Shown here one piece after another: positions 49,486-60,001 of a DNA stretch of 64,000 bases (its first letter is position 1; every line of letters starts with the position of its first letter). The notes under the pieces are model-generated. The model did no database searches. It saw only the letters and a program-made list of their open reading frames with translations, and was not told where the DNA came from. Source of the DNA: Candidatus Latescibacterota bacterium (GTDB taxonomy: Bacteria; Latescibacterota; UBA2968; UBA8231); NCBI GenBank assembly GCA_965223905.1, contig CBDCXV010000010.1, forward strand, positions 64,001 through 128,000, given 5' to 3'. The position numbers were made by a program, and so were the translations under genes.

Positions 49486-49636
49486 ACCGCCGGCAGGAGG
49501 CGGGCTGTGATGCCTGCTCATGCCCTTATGCAGATCGGGCGCATCGCGTCCTGGCCTCACCTCGACTTTGGCGTGGAAGAACCACGCTCCCGCACATCAA
49601 CTGGCCCCAGAACCTGTTTCCAAGAGGAGGATTTCC

Positions 49637-51052
49637 GTGCACCGCAGTTTCATTGCCGCCGCTTCAGCCGCCGGATTGCTGCTTCTCGCGGCCGCTTCGT
49701 CGGCGCAGAGCGGGCTCTTCGTCATCACCACCGACTATTCCACCGGCAGCACCGCCTTTCTGGCCGCGGATGCAGAGGAAGCCGAGGTCAATCTGCTGGG
49801 CATCCACTCCGATGCGGTGGGGCACTACCACGACGGCCGCGTCTATGTCGTCAACCGCCTGGGACAGGACAATATCCTGGTGCTGGACGCGATGGATCTG
49901 CGCACTCCGCTGGCCCAGTTCTCGGTGGGCAACGGCACCAATCCGCACGACATCGAAATCGTCGCACCCGGCAAGGCGTACGTGACGCTCTACGACAGGG
50001 CCTCCCTGCTGGTCGTCGACCCCCGCGACGGCGCGGAACTGGGCGAGATCGATCTCAGCGCTTTCGCCGACGCGGATGGCCTGCCCGAGGTGTCGCAGAT
50101 CGTCCGCATCGGCGAGCGGCTCTACCTGAGCTGCCAGCGCCTCGACCGCGACGGCGGCTGGGAACCGGCCGACGTCAGCTACCTGATCGTCGTCGATATC
50201 GCGACCGACACCCTGGTCGATGTGGACCCTGACGCCGAGGGGGTGCAAGGCATCCGGCTGAGCGCCGCCAATCCCAACGGCATGGCGGTGACCGGTGAGC
50301 AGATCGCCGTGGGGGTGGTAGTCAACTTCGGGGACCGGTCGGGGGGAGTGGAGATCGTCGATACGGCCGCCAACCGCAGCCTCGGGCTGGCCCTCAGTGA
50401 AGAGGATCTGGGAGGCGACATCACCTCCATGGTGCTGGTCGGTCCGGACCGGGGCTATGCCGTGGTCGCGGACGAGAACTTCGCCAACAGCGTCCGGTCC
50501 TTTGATCTGTCCAGCGGCAGCGTCGGTGCCCCCCTGGAAAACATCAGCGGCGGTTTCATCCCGGATCTGGCCGCGGATGGCGACCGCCTGATCGTCGCCG
50601 ACCGCGGCAGTTTCTCCGACCCGGCCAGCGCCGGGCTCAAGTTCTACGACGCCGCCACCGGTGCCTTCCTGCGCGGCCCCATCGCCACCGGCCTGCCGCC
50701 GTCGAGCATCGTGGTCTTGAGCGATGCGACCGTCCCCACGGCCGTGGAGGAGGCGGCCGCCCGCTTGCCGCAGATTTTCGCCCTCGAGGCGGCCTGGCCC
50801 AATCCCTTCAACGCCTCGGTGCAGATTCCCTTCGGGGTCCGGGAAGCCGACACCCGGGTCGCACTGACCGTCCACGACGTGTTGGGCCGCACCATCCGCA
50901 CCCTGACCTCGGGCCCGGTGGCCGCGGGGCGGCACGTTCTCCACTGGGACGGCCGCGACGCCGGCGGCGAGCCGGTGGGCAACGGCGCGTATCTGGTGCA
51001 GCTGCGCGCCGGAAGTCAGCAGGCTGTGGGCAAAGTGATGTTGCTCAAATGA
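49637..51052 (+). CDS. YncE/BtuG-like beta-propeller with a C-terminal FlgD-Ig domain
   Basis: VYVVNRLGQDNI, NPHDIEIVAPGKAYVT; PNPFNAS...WDGRD. Confidence 0.75.
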   Translation: MHRSFIAAASAAGLLLLAAASSAQSGLFVITTDYSTGSTAFLAADAEEAEVNLLGIHSDAVGHYHDGRVYVVNRLGQDNILVLDAMDLRTPLAQFSVGNGTNPHDIEIVAPGKAYVTLYDRASLLVVDPRDGAELGEIDLSAFADADGLPEVSQIVRIGERLYLSCQRLDRDGGWEPADVSYLIVVDIATDTLVDVDPDAEGVQGIRLSAANPNGMAVTGEQIAVGVVVNFGDRSGGVEIVDTAANRSLGLALSEEDLGGDITSMVLVGPDRGYAVVADENFANSVRSFDLSSGSVGAPLENISGGFIPDLAADGDRLIVADRGSFSDPASAGLKFYDAATGAFLRGPIATGLPPSSIVVLSDATVPTAVEEAAARLPQIFALEAAWPNPFNASVQIPFGVREADTRVALTVHDVLGRTIRTLTSGPVAAGRHVLHWDGRDAGGEPVGNGAYLVQLRAGSQQAVGKVMLLK

Positions 51053-51098
51053 AGGGGGAACGGGCATTCGGTATGAACCCAAACACAATGGAAGACGC

Positions 51099-51559
51099 AA
51101 TGTCGAGATTCATTTTTCTATGGGGCATGGCGGCAACAGTGTGTTCGGGTACAGCATACGCCTGCAGCCTTGAGTTTTTCTCAATCGAGACAGGTGTCCG
51201 TGAGAGTGATCGCGTGGTTGTGGGCGTGGTCGATTCAGTCTCCTGGGATGAGGTCGATCTCGGGGGTGATGACGATCGATCTGGGCGAGCACTTCGACGT
51301 GGTTTCACAAGGGCATCACTGGATCGACGGTGTGCTGTGGCTTCCTGGCGGCACCTCGAATCCGCCCATTCAGGATGTGATCTACAGGGATCCCTTTATA
51401 TGGCCTTATCAAGCTCTTGAAACAACGCCAGTCCACGTGCATACCTGGGGGAGCATCAAGGAGGCGGTGACGTACGGTGCAGAAGGGAAAGTGGGCGCGG
51501 GATTTTTTAGAAGGTTCCCGAATCCCCAAGCCACGCCCGACATGGGCAAGGGCGGATAA
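51099..51559 (+). pseudogene. Secreted-protein remnant (frameshift ~51265) with a TWGSIK motif
   Basis: Signal-peptide-like start in one frame and TPVHVHTWGSIK in another. Confidence 0.45.
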
Positions 51560-51579
51560 GGAAGGGAGAGGCAACAGGT

Positions 51580-52146
51580 ATGGTTACTCTATCCAGGCTC
51601 TACACCAGGACGGGCGACGGCGGCAAGACGCGGCTTGGGGATATGTCGCAAGTCCCCAAGACCAGCCTCCGCATCGCCGCGTACGGGTGCGTGGACGAGC
51701 TGAATTCGGTGATCGGGCTGGCCCGGGCCAGCGGCGTCGAGCAGGACGACGTCCTCGTCCGGGTACAGAACGATCTCTTCGACCTGGGAGCGGACCTGTG
51801 CGTCCCGCAGGCGGACGGCGAGGAAAAGCGCCTGCGTGTGCAACCGCGGCAGGTCCTTTTCCTCGAGGAGCAGATCGACCGGCTCACGCGCGACCTGGCC
51901 CCCTTGCGCAGCTTCGTCCTGCCCGGGGGACGGCTCCCCGCGGCCTGGCTCCACCTGGCGCGCACGGTCTGCCGGCGCGCCGAGCGTGCGACCTGGCACC
52001 TCGCTGAGAAGGAGCAGGTCGGCGAGCCGGTCCTGCAGTATCTCAACCGGCTTTCAGACCTGCTCTTCGCCATGGCCAGGGCGGCCAACGACGGCGGGAA
52101 CGCGGATGTGTTGTGGCAGCCGGGGAAGGGCGCCGCCGATGAGTAA
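51580..52146 (+). CDS. pduO: PduO-type ATP:cob(I)alamin adenosyltransferase
   Basis: LYTRTGDGG, YGCVDELNS, FVLPGG, RTVCRRAER and YLNRLSDLLF. Confidence 0.93.
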   Translation: MVTLSRLYTRTGDGGKTRLGDMSQVPKTSLRIAAYGCVDELNSVIGLARASGVEQDDVLVRVQNDLFDLGADLCVPQADGEEKRLRVQPRQVLFLEEQIDRLTRDLAPLRSFVLPGGRLPAAWLHLARTVCRRAERATWHLAEKEQVGEPVLQYLNRLSDLLFAMARAANDGGNADVLWQPGKGAADE

Positions 52147-52185
52147 GCGGATCCGGGCGGGGTGGAATTTTTTCGGAGGCGTTTG

Positions 52186-53343
52186 ATGCGCAAGGTCTGT
52201 TTTTTGGCGGGGCTCGTCTTCGGCGCGCCGGCGGCGAACGCGGCCGAGTGCGTCGATACCTACGACCTGGCGAAGGACTATTTCCCCCACAAGGCCGGGC
52301 TGCAGTACGCCGAGAGCTTTGCGGTCGAGTACTTCGGCAACTACAAGGTGGTCACCGTGCACACCCCGTGGCCCGGCGCCCAGGGAGCCGTCCGCTACCT
52401 GCTGGTCCAGTGCGGGACCCCCGAGCCTGAGGGGTACGACGGCGTCCAGCGCATCACCGTTCCGGTCCGCCGCCTCGCGGCCCTTTCCACCACGCAGTTG
52501 CCCCACCTCGAGTTGCTCGGCGCCCTCGAAACCCTGGTCGCGGTCGGCGACATCGCCATCGTGAATTCCCCCGGGGTCAACCGGCGCTTCGAGGCGGGCG
52601 GGATCGCCCAAATCGGCTACGGCCCGGGGGTCAATCTCGAACTGGTGCTGGAGCTGGAGACCGGCGTGGTGATGACCGCGGCCTCGGCCCAGTCCCGGCA
52701 CAACGCCCACCCGGTCCTGCGGCAGGCCGGCGTCGCCGTGGCCATCAACGCCGAGTACACCGAGCCCTCGCTTCTCGGCCGCACCGAATGGCTCAAGTTC
52801 ACCGCGGCGTTTCTCAACGCCGAAGCCCTGGCGGAGAAACGGTTCGCGGAGATCGCGGCCCGGTTCCATCACTACGCCGCTGTGGTGCGGGACGTGCCGG
52901 CGGACCGGCGCCCCACGGTGTTCGGCGGCTCCCTCTGGCGCGACACCTGGCACGTCGCCGGCGGGCGCAGCTACGCGGCGCAACTGGTCGCCGCGGCCGG
53001 CGGCGCGTACCTGTGGGCGGGCGACGACTCCAGGGGAAGCCTGCCCCTCGACTTCGAGGCGGTGTACGAAAAGGGCCACGCCGCCGACGTCTGGCTGACC
53101 ATGCGCAACGAGTGGCGATCGCTGGCCGAGGTACAGGCAGCAGACGAGCGCTACACGGCGTTCGCCGCCTTCGACCGCGGCCGGGTCTACAATGCCAACG
53201 CCCGGCTCAACGCGCACGGCGGCAACGACTACTGGGAAACCGGCGTCGTCGAGCCCCATGTCGTGCTGGCCGACCTGATAAAGATCCTGCATCCCGATCG
53301 GCTCCCGGAACACGAACTCGAGTACTACCGGAAACTGGACTGA
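52186..53343 (+). CDS. Cobalamin/iron-chelate ABC transporter substrate-binding protein
   Basis: DYFPHK, EPSLLGRTEWLKF and NDYWETGVVEPHVVLADL. Confidence 0.85.
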   Translation: MRKVCFLAGLVFGAPAANAAECVDTYDLAKDYFPHKAGLQYAESFAVEYFGNYKVVTVHTPWPGAQGAVRYLLVQCGTPEPEGYDGVQRITVPVRRLAALSTTQLPHLELLGALETLVAVGDIAIVNSPGVNRRFEAGGIAQIGYGPGVNLELVLELETGVVMTAASAQSRHNAHPVLRQAGVAVAINAEYTEPSLLGRTEWLKFTAAFLNAEALAEKRFAEIAARFHHYAAVVRDVPADRRPTVFGGSLWRDTWHVAGGRSYAAQLVAAAGGAYLWAGDDSRGSLPLDFEAVYEKGHAADVWLTMRNEWRSLAEVQAADERYTAFAAFDRGRVYNANARLNAHGGNDYWETGVVEPHVVLADLIKILHPDRLPEHELEYYRKLD

Positions 53344-53349
53344 GACGCA

Positions 53350-54438
53350 GTGTCCTCCTCTTCCCCTGCCGCGGCACACAGCCCCCCATCGCCCCGGCCG
53401 GGACCGCGCTGGGGGCTGTTCCCGGGGATGGCCGCGGCCATGGCGGGCTTCTTCGCGCTCAGCCTCGGGGTCGGGTCGGTCTCCATCCCCCTGGACTCGG
53501 TGATCGCCATCCTCTGGGACGGGGCCGGACAGAAACCGAGCTGGACCCACATCATCCACTCGATCCGCCTGCCGCGCGCCCTCACCGCGATACTGGCCGG
53601 CGCCGCCCTGAGCGCCAGCGGCCTGCAGATGCAGACCCTGTTCCGCAATCCTCTCGCCGACCCCTTCATCCTCGGCATCAGCGCCGGGGCCAGCCTGGGG
53701 GTCGCCCTGGTCGTCCTGGGAACGGGGGTCACCGGGGCCGGGCTGCTGGCCGGGCTGGGGCTTCTCGGACAGGCCGGGGTGGTCGCCGCAGCCGTAGCCG
53801 GCGCCGCCCTGGTTCTGGGCCTGGTGCTTCTGGTCGGGAGGCGCCTGCAGCACGCCATGACCCTGCTCATCCTCGGCCTGATGTTCGGCTACCTCACCGG
53901 CGCCCTGGTCAGCGTGCTGCTCTACTTCAGCATCCCCGAGCAGGTGCAGACCTACGTCCTGTGGACCTTCGGCAGCTTCGGCGCCGTCACCTGGGGACAG
54001 CTCGCCATCCTGGCGCCGGTGGTTCTCGCCGGCCTGGGGATCGCCGGCCTGCTGGTCAAGCCGCTCAACGCCCTGCTCCTCGGGGAGACCTACGCACGCA
54101 GCATGGGCCTGGGGGCGCGGCGGGCGCGGCTGTGGATCATCTCCAGCGCCGCGCTGCTGGCCGGCGCCGTCACCGCCTACTGCGGCCCCATCGGATTCCT
54201 TGGGGTGGCGGTGCCGCATCTGTGCCGGGCCCTCTTCAACACCTCCGACCACCGCGTGCTGCTGCCGGCGTGCCTGCTCTCGGGGGGCATCCTGGCCCTG
54301 GCCGCGGACCTGGTGGCCCGCCTTCCCGGAAGCCAGGCCACCCTGCCGCTCAACGCGGTCACCGCCCTGATCGGGGCGCCCGTGGTCACCTGGATCATCC
54401 TGCGCCGCCGCAGCCTGCGGCAGGCCTTCCCGGCGTGA
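53350..54438 (+). CDS. BtuC/FecCD-family ABC permease
   Basis: IRLPRAL, QTLFRNPLADPFILGISAGA and GPIGFLG. Confidence 0.92.
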   Translation: MSSSSPAAAHSPPSPRPGPRWGLFPGMAAAMAGFFALSLGVGSVSIPLDSVIAILWDGAGQKPSWTHIIHSIRLPRALTAILAGAALSASGLQMQTLFRNPLADPFILGISAGASLGVALVVLGTGVTGAGLLAGLGLLGQAGVVAAAVAGAALVLGLVLLVGRRLQHAMTLLILGLMFGYLTGALVSVLLYFSIPEQVQTYVLWTFGSFGAVTWGQLAILAPVVLAGLGIAGLLVKPLNALLLGETYARSMGLGARRARLWIISSAALLAGAVTAYCGPIGFLGVAVPHLCRALFNTSDHRVLLPACLLSGGILALAADLVARLPGSQATLPLNAVTALIGAPVVTWIILRRRSLRQAFPA

Positions 54439-54443
54439 CCGCC

Positions 54444-55493
54444 ATGAGCGCAGCCATTCTGCAGGCACGGGGTCTGGGAATCGGGTACGCGCCGAGGGGG
54501 CGCCCCCGTCTCGAAGTGGCCGCGGACCTGGAGGTCGAGCTGTTCGAGGGGGAGCTGGTCTGCCTGCTGGGGCCGAACGGCGCCGGAAAATCCACCCTCG
54601 TTCGCACCCTGTCCGGCCTGCAGAAGCCGCTGTCCGGCGAGGTGCTCCTGCAGGGCGGCGACCTGCACGCCCTCACCGAGAGCGAAAGGGCGCGACTGCT
54701 CGGCCTCGTCCTGACCGAGCGGGTCGATGCGGGCAACCTGTCGGCTTATTCCCTCGCGGGGCTGGGCCGCTACCCGTACACCGGCTGGGACGGGCGCCTT
54801 TCCCCCGCCGACGAGGAGGTGGTGCGCTGGGCCCTGGCCGCGGTGGGGGCCGGGGACCTCGCCGCCCGCAGCGTCGGCGAGCTCAGCGACGGCGAGCGGC
54901 AGAAGGTGATGATCGCCCGGGCCCTGGCCCAGGAACCGGCGGTGCTCCTCCTCGACGAGCCCACCGCCTTTCTCGACCTGCCGCGGCGGGTCGAAATCCT
55001 GCAGCTGCTGCGGCGGCTGGCTGCCGGCGGCGACCGCGCCGTGCTTCTGTCCACCCACGATCTGGACCTCGCCCTGCGCTGCGCCGACCGCCTCTGGCTG
55101 CTGCCGCCGGGCGGCCCCCTGCAGACCGGAGCGCCGGAGGACCTGGTGCTGAGCGGGGCCTTCCAGCGGACCTTCGCCGGTGTCGAGTTCAACCCTGCGA
55201 CCGGTTCCTTTCAGCTGGAGCAGGAGCCGGAAGGGGTGGTCGGCCTGGAGGGAGAAGGGCTCGATGCCCTGTGGACGGCGCGCGCCCTGGAACGGGCAGG
55301 ATTCCGCGTCGACAGCTCGGGAAATGCCGAGGTTCGCGTCGAGATCGTCCGCCAGGACGGCGGCAGGGCCTGGAGGCTCCGGACCGCGTCCGGACCGCGC
55401 CTCTGCACCACCCTGTACGAAATGGTCGGCTGCGTCAGACATCACCTCGCCGAAAGCAGCAACCCCCCTCACGAGAGGAGTGGAAATCCGTGA
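54444..55493 (+). CDS. BtuD/FepC-family ABC ATPase
   Basis: GPNGAGKST, LSDGERQK, LLDEPT and STHD. Confidence 0.92.
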   Translation: MSAAILQARGLGIGYAPRGRPRLEVAADLEVELFEGELVCLLGPNGAGKSTLVRTLSGLQKPLSGEVLLQGGDLHALTESERARLLGLVLTERVDAGNLSAYSLAGLGRYPYTGWDGRLSPADEEVVRWALAAVGAGDLAARSVGELSDGERQKVMIARALAQEPAVLLLDEPTAFLDLPRRVEILQLLRRLAAGGDRAVLLSTHDLDLALRCADRLWLLPPGGPLQTGAPEDLVLSGAFQRTFAGVEFNPATGSFQLEQEPEGVVGLEGEGLDALWTARALERAGFRVDSSGNAEVRVEIVRQDGGRAWRLRTASGPRLCTTLYEMVGCVRHHLAESSNPPHERSGNP

Positions 55494-55720
55494 ACCGCGT
55501 CGTCTCCCTGCTGCCCAGCAGCACCAAAATCATCTGCGCCCTCGGCTGCGGGGAGCGCCTGGTCGGACGTTCCCAGGAGTGCGACTACCCCCCCGGGGTC
55601 GGCGACCTTCCCGCCTGCACGGCCCCCAAATTCGACCCGGACGGCACCTCGTACCAGATCGACCAGCGCGTCAAGGTCATACTGCAGGAGGCGGTCTCCG
55701 TGTACCGGGTGGACGCGATC
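55490..55720 (+). pseudogene. N-terminal part of a BtuF-like cobalamin-binding protein
   Basis: RVVSLLPSSTKIICALG...VGRSQECDYP...SVYRVD, then the similarity ends abruptly. Confidence 0.8.
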
Positions 55721-55852
55721 CTGTACCAGTCATTGCCAGTGCACAGTTGCAGGGAGATTGGAGCGGCACCCTGGACACTGGGGAAGCCTTCGACCTGTCC
55801 CTCGCGGAGGATGTATTCACCCTGACAATCACGGCGGAAGTCTCTGCCTCCG

Positions 55853-57556
55853 ATGACTTTTTCAGTCACCCTTGAGACCATTGTCAAGGGAACCTGGAGC
55901 ACCGTAGAGGATAGCGTTTCCGGACTGTCTCTTGTCCCGGATGGCCCCCCGGTGATCCTGGTAGACGGGGTTTCCCCAGAGCAGTTCATCAGGAATCAGT
56001 TCGAGGATGCCGGGCTCGACACTCCGAGCGATTCGACCATTGCCGATATGCGGAATGAGTTTCTCGGGGAAGGTTCCGAATTCGGCCCGGTGACGTTTGC
56101 GTATGTCATGGAAACGGGAGATACTATTCGAGTAAGGCTACAGAATGAGAAGGGAGAAGATGCGGGACGAGTAAGACTGTACCGGAAAGGCACCGATGGA
56201 GAGTACGATTCGCTTGTTGAGGGATCGGATTTCAAGACGGTCAGAGAGGGAATAACGGAAGGACATCCCTTCATGAATTCGGTAGAGATTACCGACGTTC
56301 CAACCGGCTCCGGTCCTGGGGAGATATGGAAACTCAAACTGAGTGAACATGATAGCGATGGTCCATCCGGAAACAACTGGGTACGATTCTCCAGGAACGT
56401 GCCGCCCTATTTTTCCAACGACCCCGACCGGCTGATCTATCCGATTGTTCACAAGGAATTCAAGCCCATTACATACTGCTCTGTCCCCGGACCGCCTCCC
56501 AAGAGGCAGACCTACCGGACATATCTGACGGTGCCACGTGGCACTGGCTCTCCTATCCCCCTGACGGGGGAACTCAAGATCAATGTCAACGGCACTCGTG
56601 CCAGCGCGGTAGTTCCCAACTACAGAGCAGAAGTCGGTGTTGTAATTCCGCAAGGTGCAGCCACCGTGGAAGGAGACAACCTCCAGGCGCAGGTAGTTGA
56701 CACTAACGGCGATCTTCTCGCGGACTCTACCGACAAGGTTGACAAGGTGTATTGGGTAAACAATCCGGACTTCACCGGCTGGCCCAGTCAGATAGTTATG
56801 GCCTATGACAACGGAAGCGGCAGGAATCGAACAGCCGACTTGCAGGGTGCAGGATTCAATACCATACAGACAGATAACGATGATTCACTCGACATTATCA
56901 GTACGAACAATATGTCGAGTGCGGGAGCCATGTATACTCATGAAGTAGGGGGATCTTCGGCTATAAAGGCATGGTATTGCGAGAGCCGGGATAACGCAAT
57001 GTCTACCGATATCCGATTCTGGATGATGTTGGATGAACCAGACGCCCTGTCTGGAGAGGTAGCGAAGACATTGAAGGAACTGTACGACTTGTATTACAAA
57101 TACAACACGTATGCGAACAAGCCCTACTCCTTCAACATCAGCAATCCTATCTACATTGAGGAGTTCTGCGAGGCTTGCGACGTAATCATTGCCGATCCTT
57201 TTGTGCACAAAGAGCCTCCAAAGGGTGAGAAAGGGTCGGGTAAATACAACCAGAATCGTATCTCCGATACGGCGACAGAAATGAAATACGTTGCCGGGAG
57301 TGAGAAGAAAACCATTCTTATTTTCTGGTGGTGGAATCCCGCAGACCCCTCCAGCATAGCCGATCCAACGGTGTATGGGCTTTCCTGGGACAAGGGCATA
57401 GATGCCGAAGTAAGTGGCCTTGGAGGATTCAATTTCTCCGAAACCTTCAGAAATTCTGAAGAGGAGTTAGTAACAAATGTCCTCAGTACATACGGACCGT
57501 CTTCAGGCCCGGTACGAGCTCTGTGGAATGAAGTCAAACGCAAGCTCGATTCATAG
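55853..57556 (+). CDS. Hypothetical protein, apparently 5'-truncated, with a possible glycoside-hydrolase-like C-terminal barrel
   Basis: Lower-GC 567-aa ORF; WMMLDEPD and CDVIIADPF motifs. Confidence 0.6.
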   Translation: MTFSVTLETIVKGTWSTVEDSVSGLSLVPDGPPVILVDGVSPEQFIRNQFEDAGLDTPSDSTIADMRNEFLGEGSEFGPVTFAYVMETGDTIRVRLQNEKGEDAGRVRLYRKGTDGEYDSLVEGSDFKTVREGITEGHPFMNSVEITDVPTGSGPGEIWKLKLSEHDSDGPSGNNWVRFSRNVPPYFSNDPDRLIYPIVHKEFKPITYCSVPGPPPKRQTYRTYLTVPRGTGSPIPLTGELKINVNGTRASAVVPNYRAEVGVVIPQGAATVEGDNLQAQVVDTNGDLLADSTDKVDKVYWVNNPDFTGWPSQIVMAYDNGSGRNRTADLQGAGFNTIQTDNDDSLDIISTNNMSSAGAMYTHEVGGSSAIKAWYCESRDNAMSTDIRFWMMLDEPDALSGEVAKTLKELYDLYYKYNTYANKPYSFNISNPIYIEEFCEACDVIIADPFVHKEPPKGEKGSGKYNQNRISDTATEMKYVAGSEKKTILIFWWWNPADPSSIADPTVYGLSWDKGIDAEVSGLGGFNFSETFRNSEEELVTNVLSTYGPSSGPVRALWNEVKRKLDS

Positions 57557-58562
57557 GGTGTTCCTGGCTATCGTTGCAACATTGTCGGTAGCCGGGGCCG
57601 ACGAAGCTATCTGGTTCTCTGGCCCCGCCTCCTGCGGGGGGATATGTGTCAGTTCTCCTCCGGGGGCAGAGCCAGTTCCGCTGAATCCTCATATCCTGGA
57701 ATCCATCGAGGAAGATTATATTTCTTCGTTTGATCTATCTCCAGACGGACAAAGTATTGTCTTTATAGAGCTCCAGGAAAGTATCGGATGGCATTTTTCC
57801 GACGTATGGATGATGGATTCAGACGGCACAAATTTACGCGAGATTTATGAGGGAAATCGTGGATGGTGGGAAACCTCGACAAGCAGAGGAGAGTATTGGT
57901 CATCTTCTGAGACTAATGGGCTGTCCCTGGGAATCCAATGGTCTCCGGATGGACTGGAAATCCTTGTTTGCGCATATCCAGGAAGTTTTCTATTTATGGA
58001 CGAAGAAGGAAGTATTCTATACTATTGGGAAGGCTACGGGAATATCTTCTTTGATCGATTTTTTGGCACCGATCTACAGTGGGATCCCGAAGGAGACATT
58101 GTATATCAAGGATACAGCAATGACCATAGTGAATCAGACACGTTGTTCGTAAGGTCCAGGGATGGATCTATTAAGCATAGGATATTTATTCCTGGAGTAC
58201 AATCACCTCAGTTTTCTCCAGATGGATCGAAGCTGGCATATGGAGAGTGGATAAGGAGGGGACCCTCCAAGTCTTCAAGTCTTTTTGTAATGGACGTAGC
58301 AAGTGGAGAGCGACAATTTATTGCTGATGTAGCTGAATCTGATGACTGGATGTCGCCAATAGGGCCGTTTTCATGGTCTCCGTCAGGGAATCAAATTGCT
58401 TACCGGGGCATTGACGGCCTTTACGTGATTAATGCAGACGGAACTGATCCTACGTTTCTTTTTGAGACTGGTATTGTATGGGATATTGACTGGATAAGTT
58501 CTACATCGACCGGGGTGTCCCCAACTTCCTGGGGAGCCGTGAAACATGAAAAGGACTATTAA
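57528..58562 (+). CDS. TolB/PD40-repeat secreted protein with a C-terminal SWGAVK motif
   Basis: LSPDGQSIVF, WSPDG, FSPDGSKLAY, WSPSGNQIAY; ends TGVSPTSWGAVKHEKDY. Confidence 0.8.
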   Translation: MKSNASSIHRVFLAIVATLSVAGADEAIWFSGPASCGGICVSSPPGAEPVPLNPHILESIEEDYISSFDLSPDGQSIVFIELQESIGWHFSDVWMMDSDGTNLREIYEGNRGWWETSTSRGEYWSSSETNGLSLGIQWSPDGLEILVCAYPGSFLFMDEEGSILYYWEGYGNIFFDRFFGTDLQWDPEGDIVYQGYSNDHSESDTLFVRSRDGSIKHRIFIPGVQSPQFSPDGSKLAYGEWIRRGPSKSSSLFVMDVASGERQFIADVAESDDWMSPIGPFSWSPSGNQIAYRGIDGLYVINADGTDPTFLFETGIVWDIDWISSTSTGVSPTSWGAVKHEKDY

Positions 58563-58655
58563 GGCTGTCCTCATCGCCATCGGAGTGTTTGTGGTTTTGA
58601 TTCTCCATTGGATAATCCCGTAACAGGGGAGACGGCTAACGCCGCCTCCCCTTTG

Positions 58656-58870
58656 CTATTTTACGAGGTCCCGATACAACAGACGCTTGCCGATCATCAT
58701 GGCAACAAGGTCCTCCATCTGATCGAGGGTATCACGGTTCCTGATGTTATGCTTTCCGACAAACTCATCGACGTATCGCTGTAGGTGCTTTGGAGACCAT
58801 AGATGATACGTTCCCTTGTAGGCTCGCTTCATCATCGACCAAAAACTCTCTATGCCGTTGACGTGACAGT
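58656..58870 (-). pseudogene. IS1595-family transposase C-terminal remnant
   Basis: HVNGIESFWSMMKRAYKGTYHLWSPKHLQRYVDEF...GKRLLYRDL. Confidence 0.88.
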
Positions 58871-59433
58871 CCCCGGAAACCGATGTCTGGGACGATGTCG
58901 AGCGGGTGGCCGCGGCGCTCCAAGTGGAGGACCGGGGCGGCGCCCTGGTGGCCGAACTGCGGGACCGGCTCGCACGGATCGCCGCCCGCACCCGCCGTAT
59001 CGGCGACCGCCCGCGCGTCGCCTGCATCGAGTGGTTCGAGCCGCTGATGGCCGCCGGCAACTGGATGCCCGAGCTGGTGGAGATCGCCGGGGGCCGCAAC
59101 CTCTTCGCCTCGGCGGGGGCGCATTCCCCCTGGCTGTCGTGGGAGGCACTCGAAGATGCCCAGCCGGATTGTATTCTCCTGATGCCCTGCGGTTTCGACA
59201 TCCCCCGCTCCCGGAGGGAGCTGCCGGCGCTGACCCGGAAGCCGGCGTGGTCGCGGTTGCAGGCGGTGCAGGAGGGGCGCGTATTCCTCACCGACGGCAA
59301 CCAGTTCTTCAACCGCCCGGGGCCGCGCCTGGTGGAATCGGCGGAGATTCTCGCCGAGATCCTGCATCCCCGGGATTTCGAGGACACCCACGAGCATCGG
59401 GGATGGGAGTGGTGGGAAGGGCGTACCGGATGA
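58871..59433 (+). pseudogene. C-terminal part of the BtuF-like cobalamin-binding protein
   Basis: DVWDDVERVA...RVACIEWFEPLMAAGNWMPELV...MPCGF...DGNQFFNRPGPRL. Confidence 0.82.
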
Positions 59434-59454
59434 CCGCGAAGCAGATACGGAAAC

Positions 59455-59800
59455 AGGACCCCGCGCTACCTCCGCTTCGGCTGGTGCGGGGCCCGCCTCG
59501 ACGACCTGTTCAACTATGTGCCCGCCCGCCTGACCTGGGGGGTGATGGTCCTGGTCGCCTGCCTGCTGCCGGGCTGCTCGGCCCGCAAGGCCCTGGCCGT
59601 GGGGTGGCGCCAGCACGGGGCCGTTCCCGGTCCCAATTCCGGCTGGAGCGAGGCCGCGGCGGCCGGGGCCTTGCAATGCCGTCTGGCCGGACCGATCCGG
59701 CAGGGGGGCGAGCGGGTCACCGATCTCTGGCTCGGTTGCTCCGGGGATCCCGAGGGGCGCGCGCCCCGGCGACCTGCCCCGCACCTGCACCTTCATCGCC
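59455..59800 (+). pseudogene. cbiB: CbiB/CobD adenosylcobinamide-phosphate synthase C-terminal remnant
   Basis: RYLRFGWCGARLDDLFNYVPARLT...GPNSGWSEAAAAGALQCRLAGP; the N-terminal part is missing. Confidence 0.8.
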
Positions 59801-60001
59801 GCGACCTGTCTGGCTTTCGCCGGCGCAACGGCCCTGGGGCTCCGGGCGTTCCACCCGTGAACCTGAAGGTGCCTGCAGAAGCCCCGCTGCAGGCTCTCCC
59901 GGACGTTCGCATGCCTGTTCCACCGTTTCGCCGCACATACCGGATATCTACATTCCCGATCTGCAAACATCGACCGCGCAGGCAGCCGTCGAAGCGCGAC
60001 C

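Noticed and set aside
47193-55493. Long alternative-frame ORFs (47193-49985, 52054-54468, N-terminal part of 52788-55493)
   Set aside because: Arg/Pro/Gly-rich shadow frames of recognisable high-GC genes.
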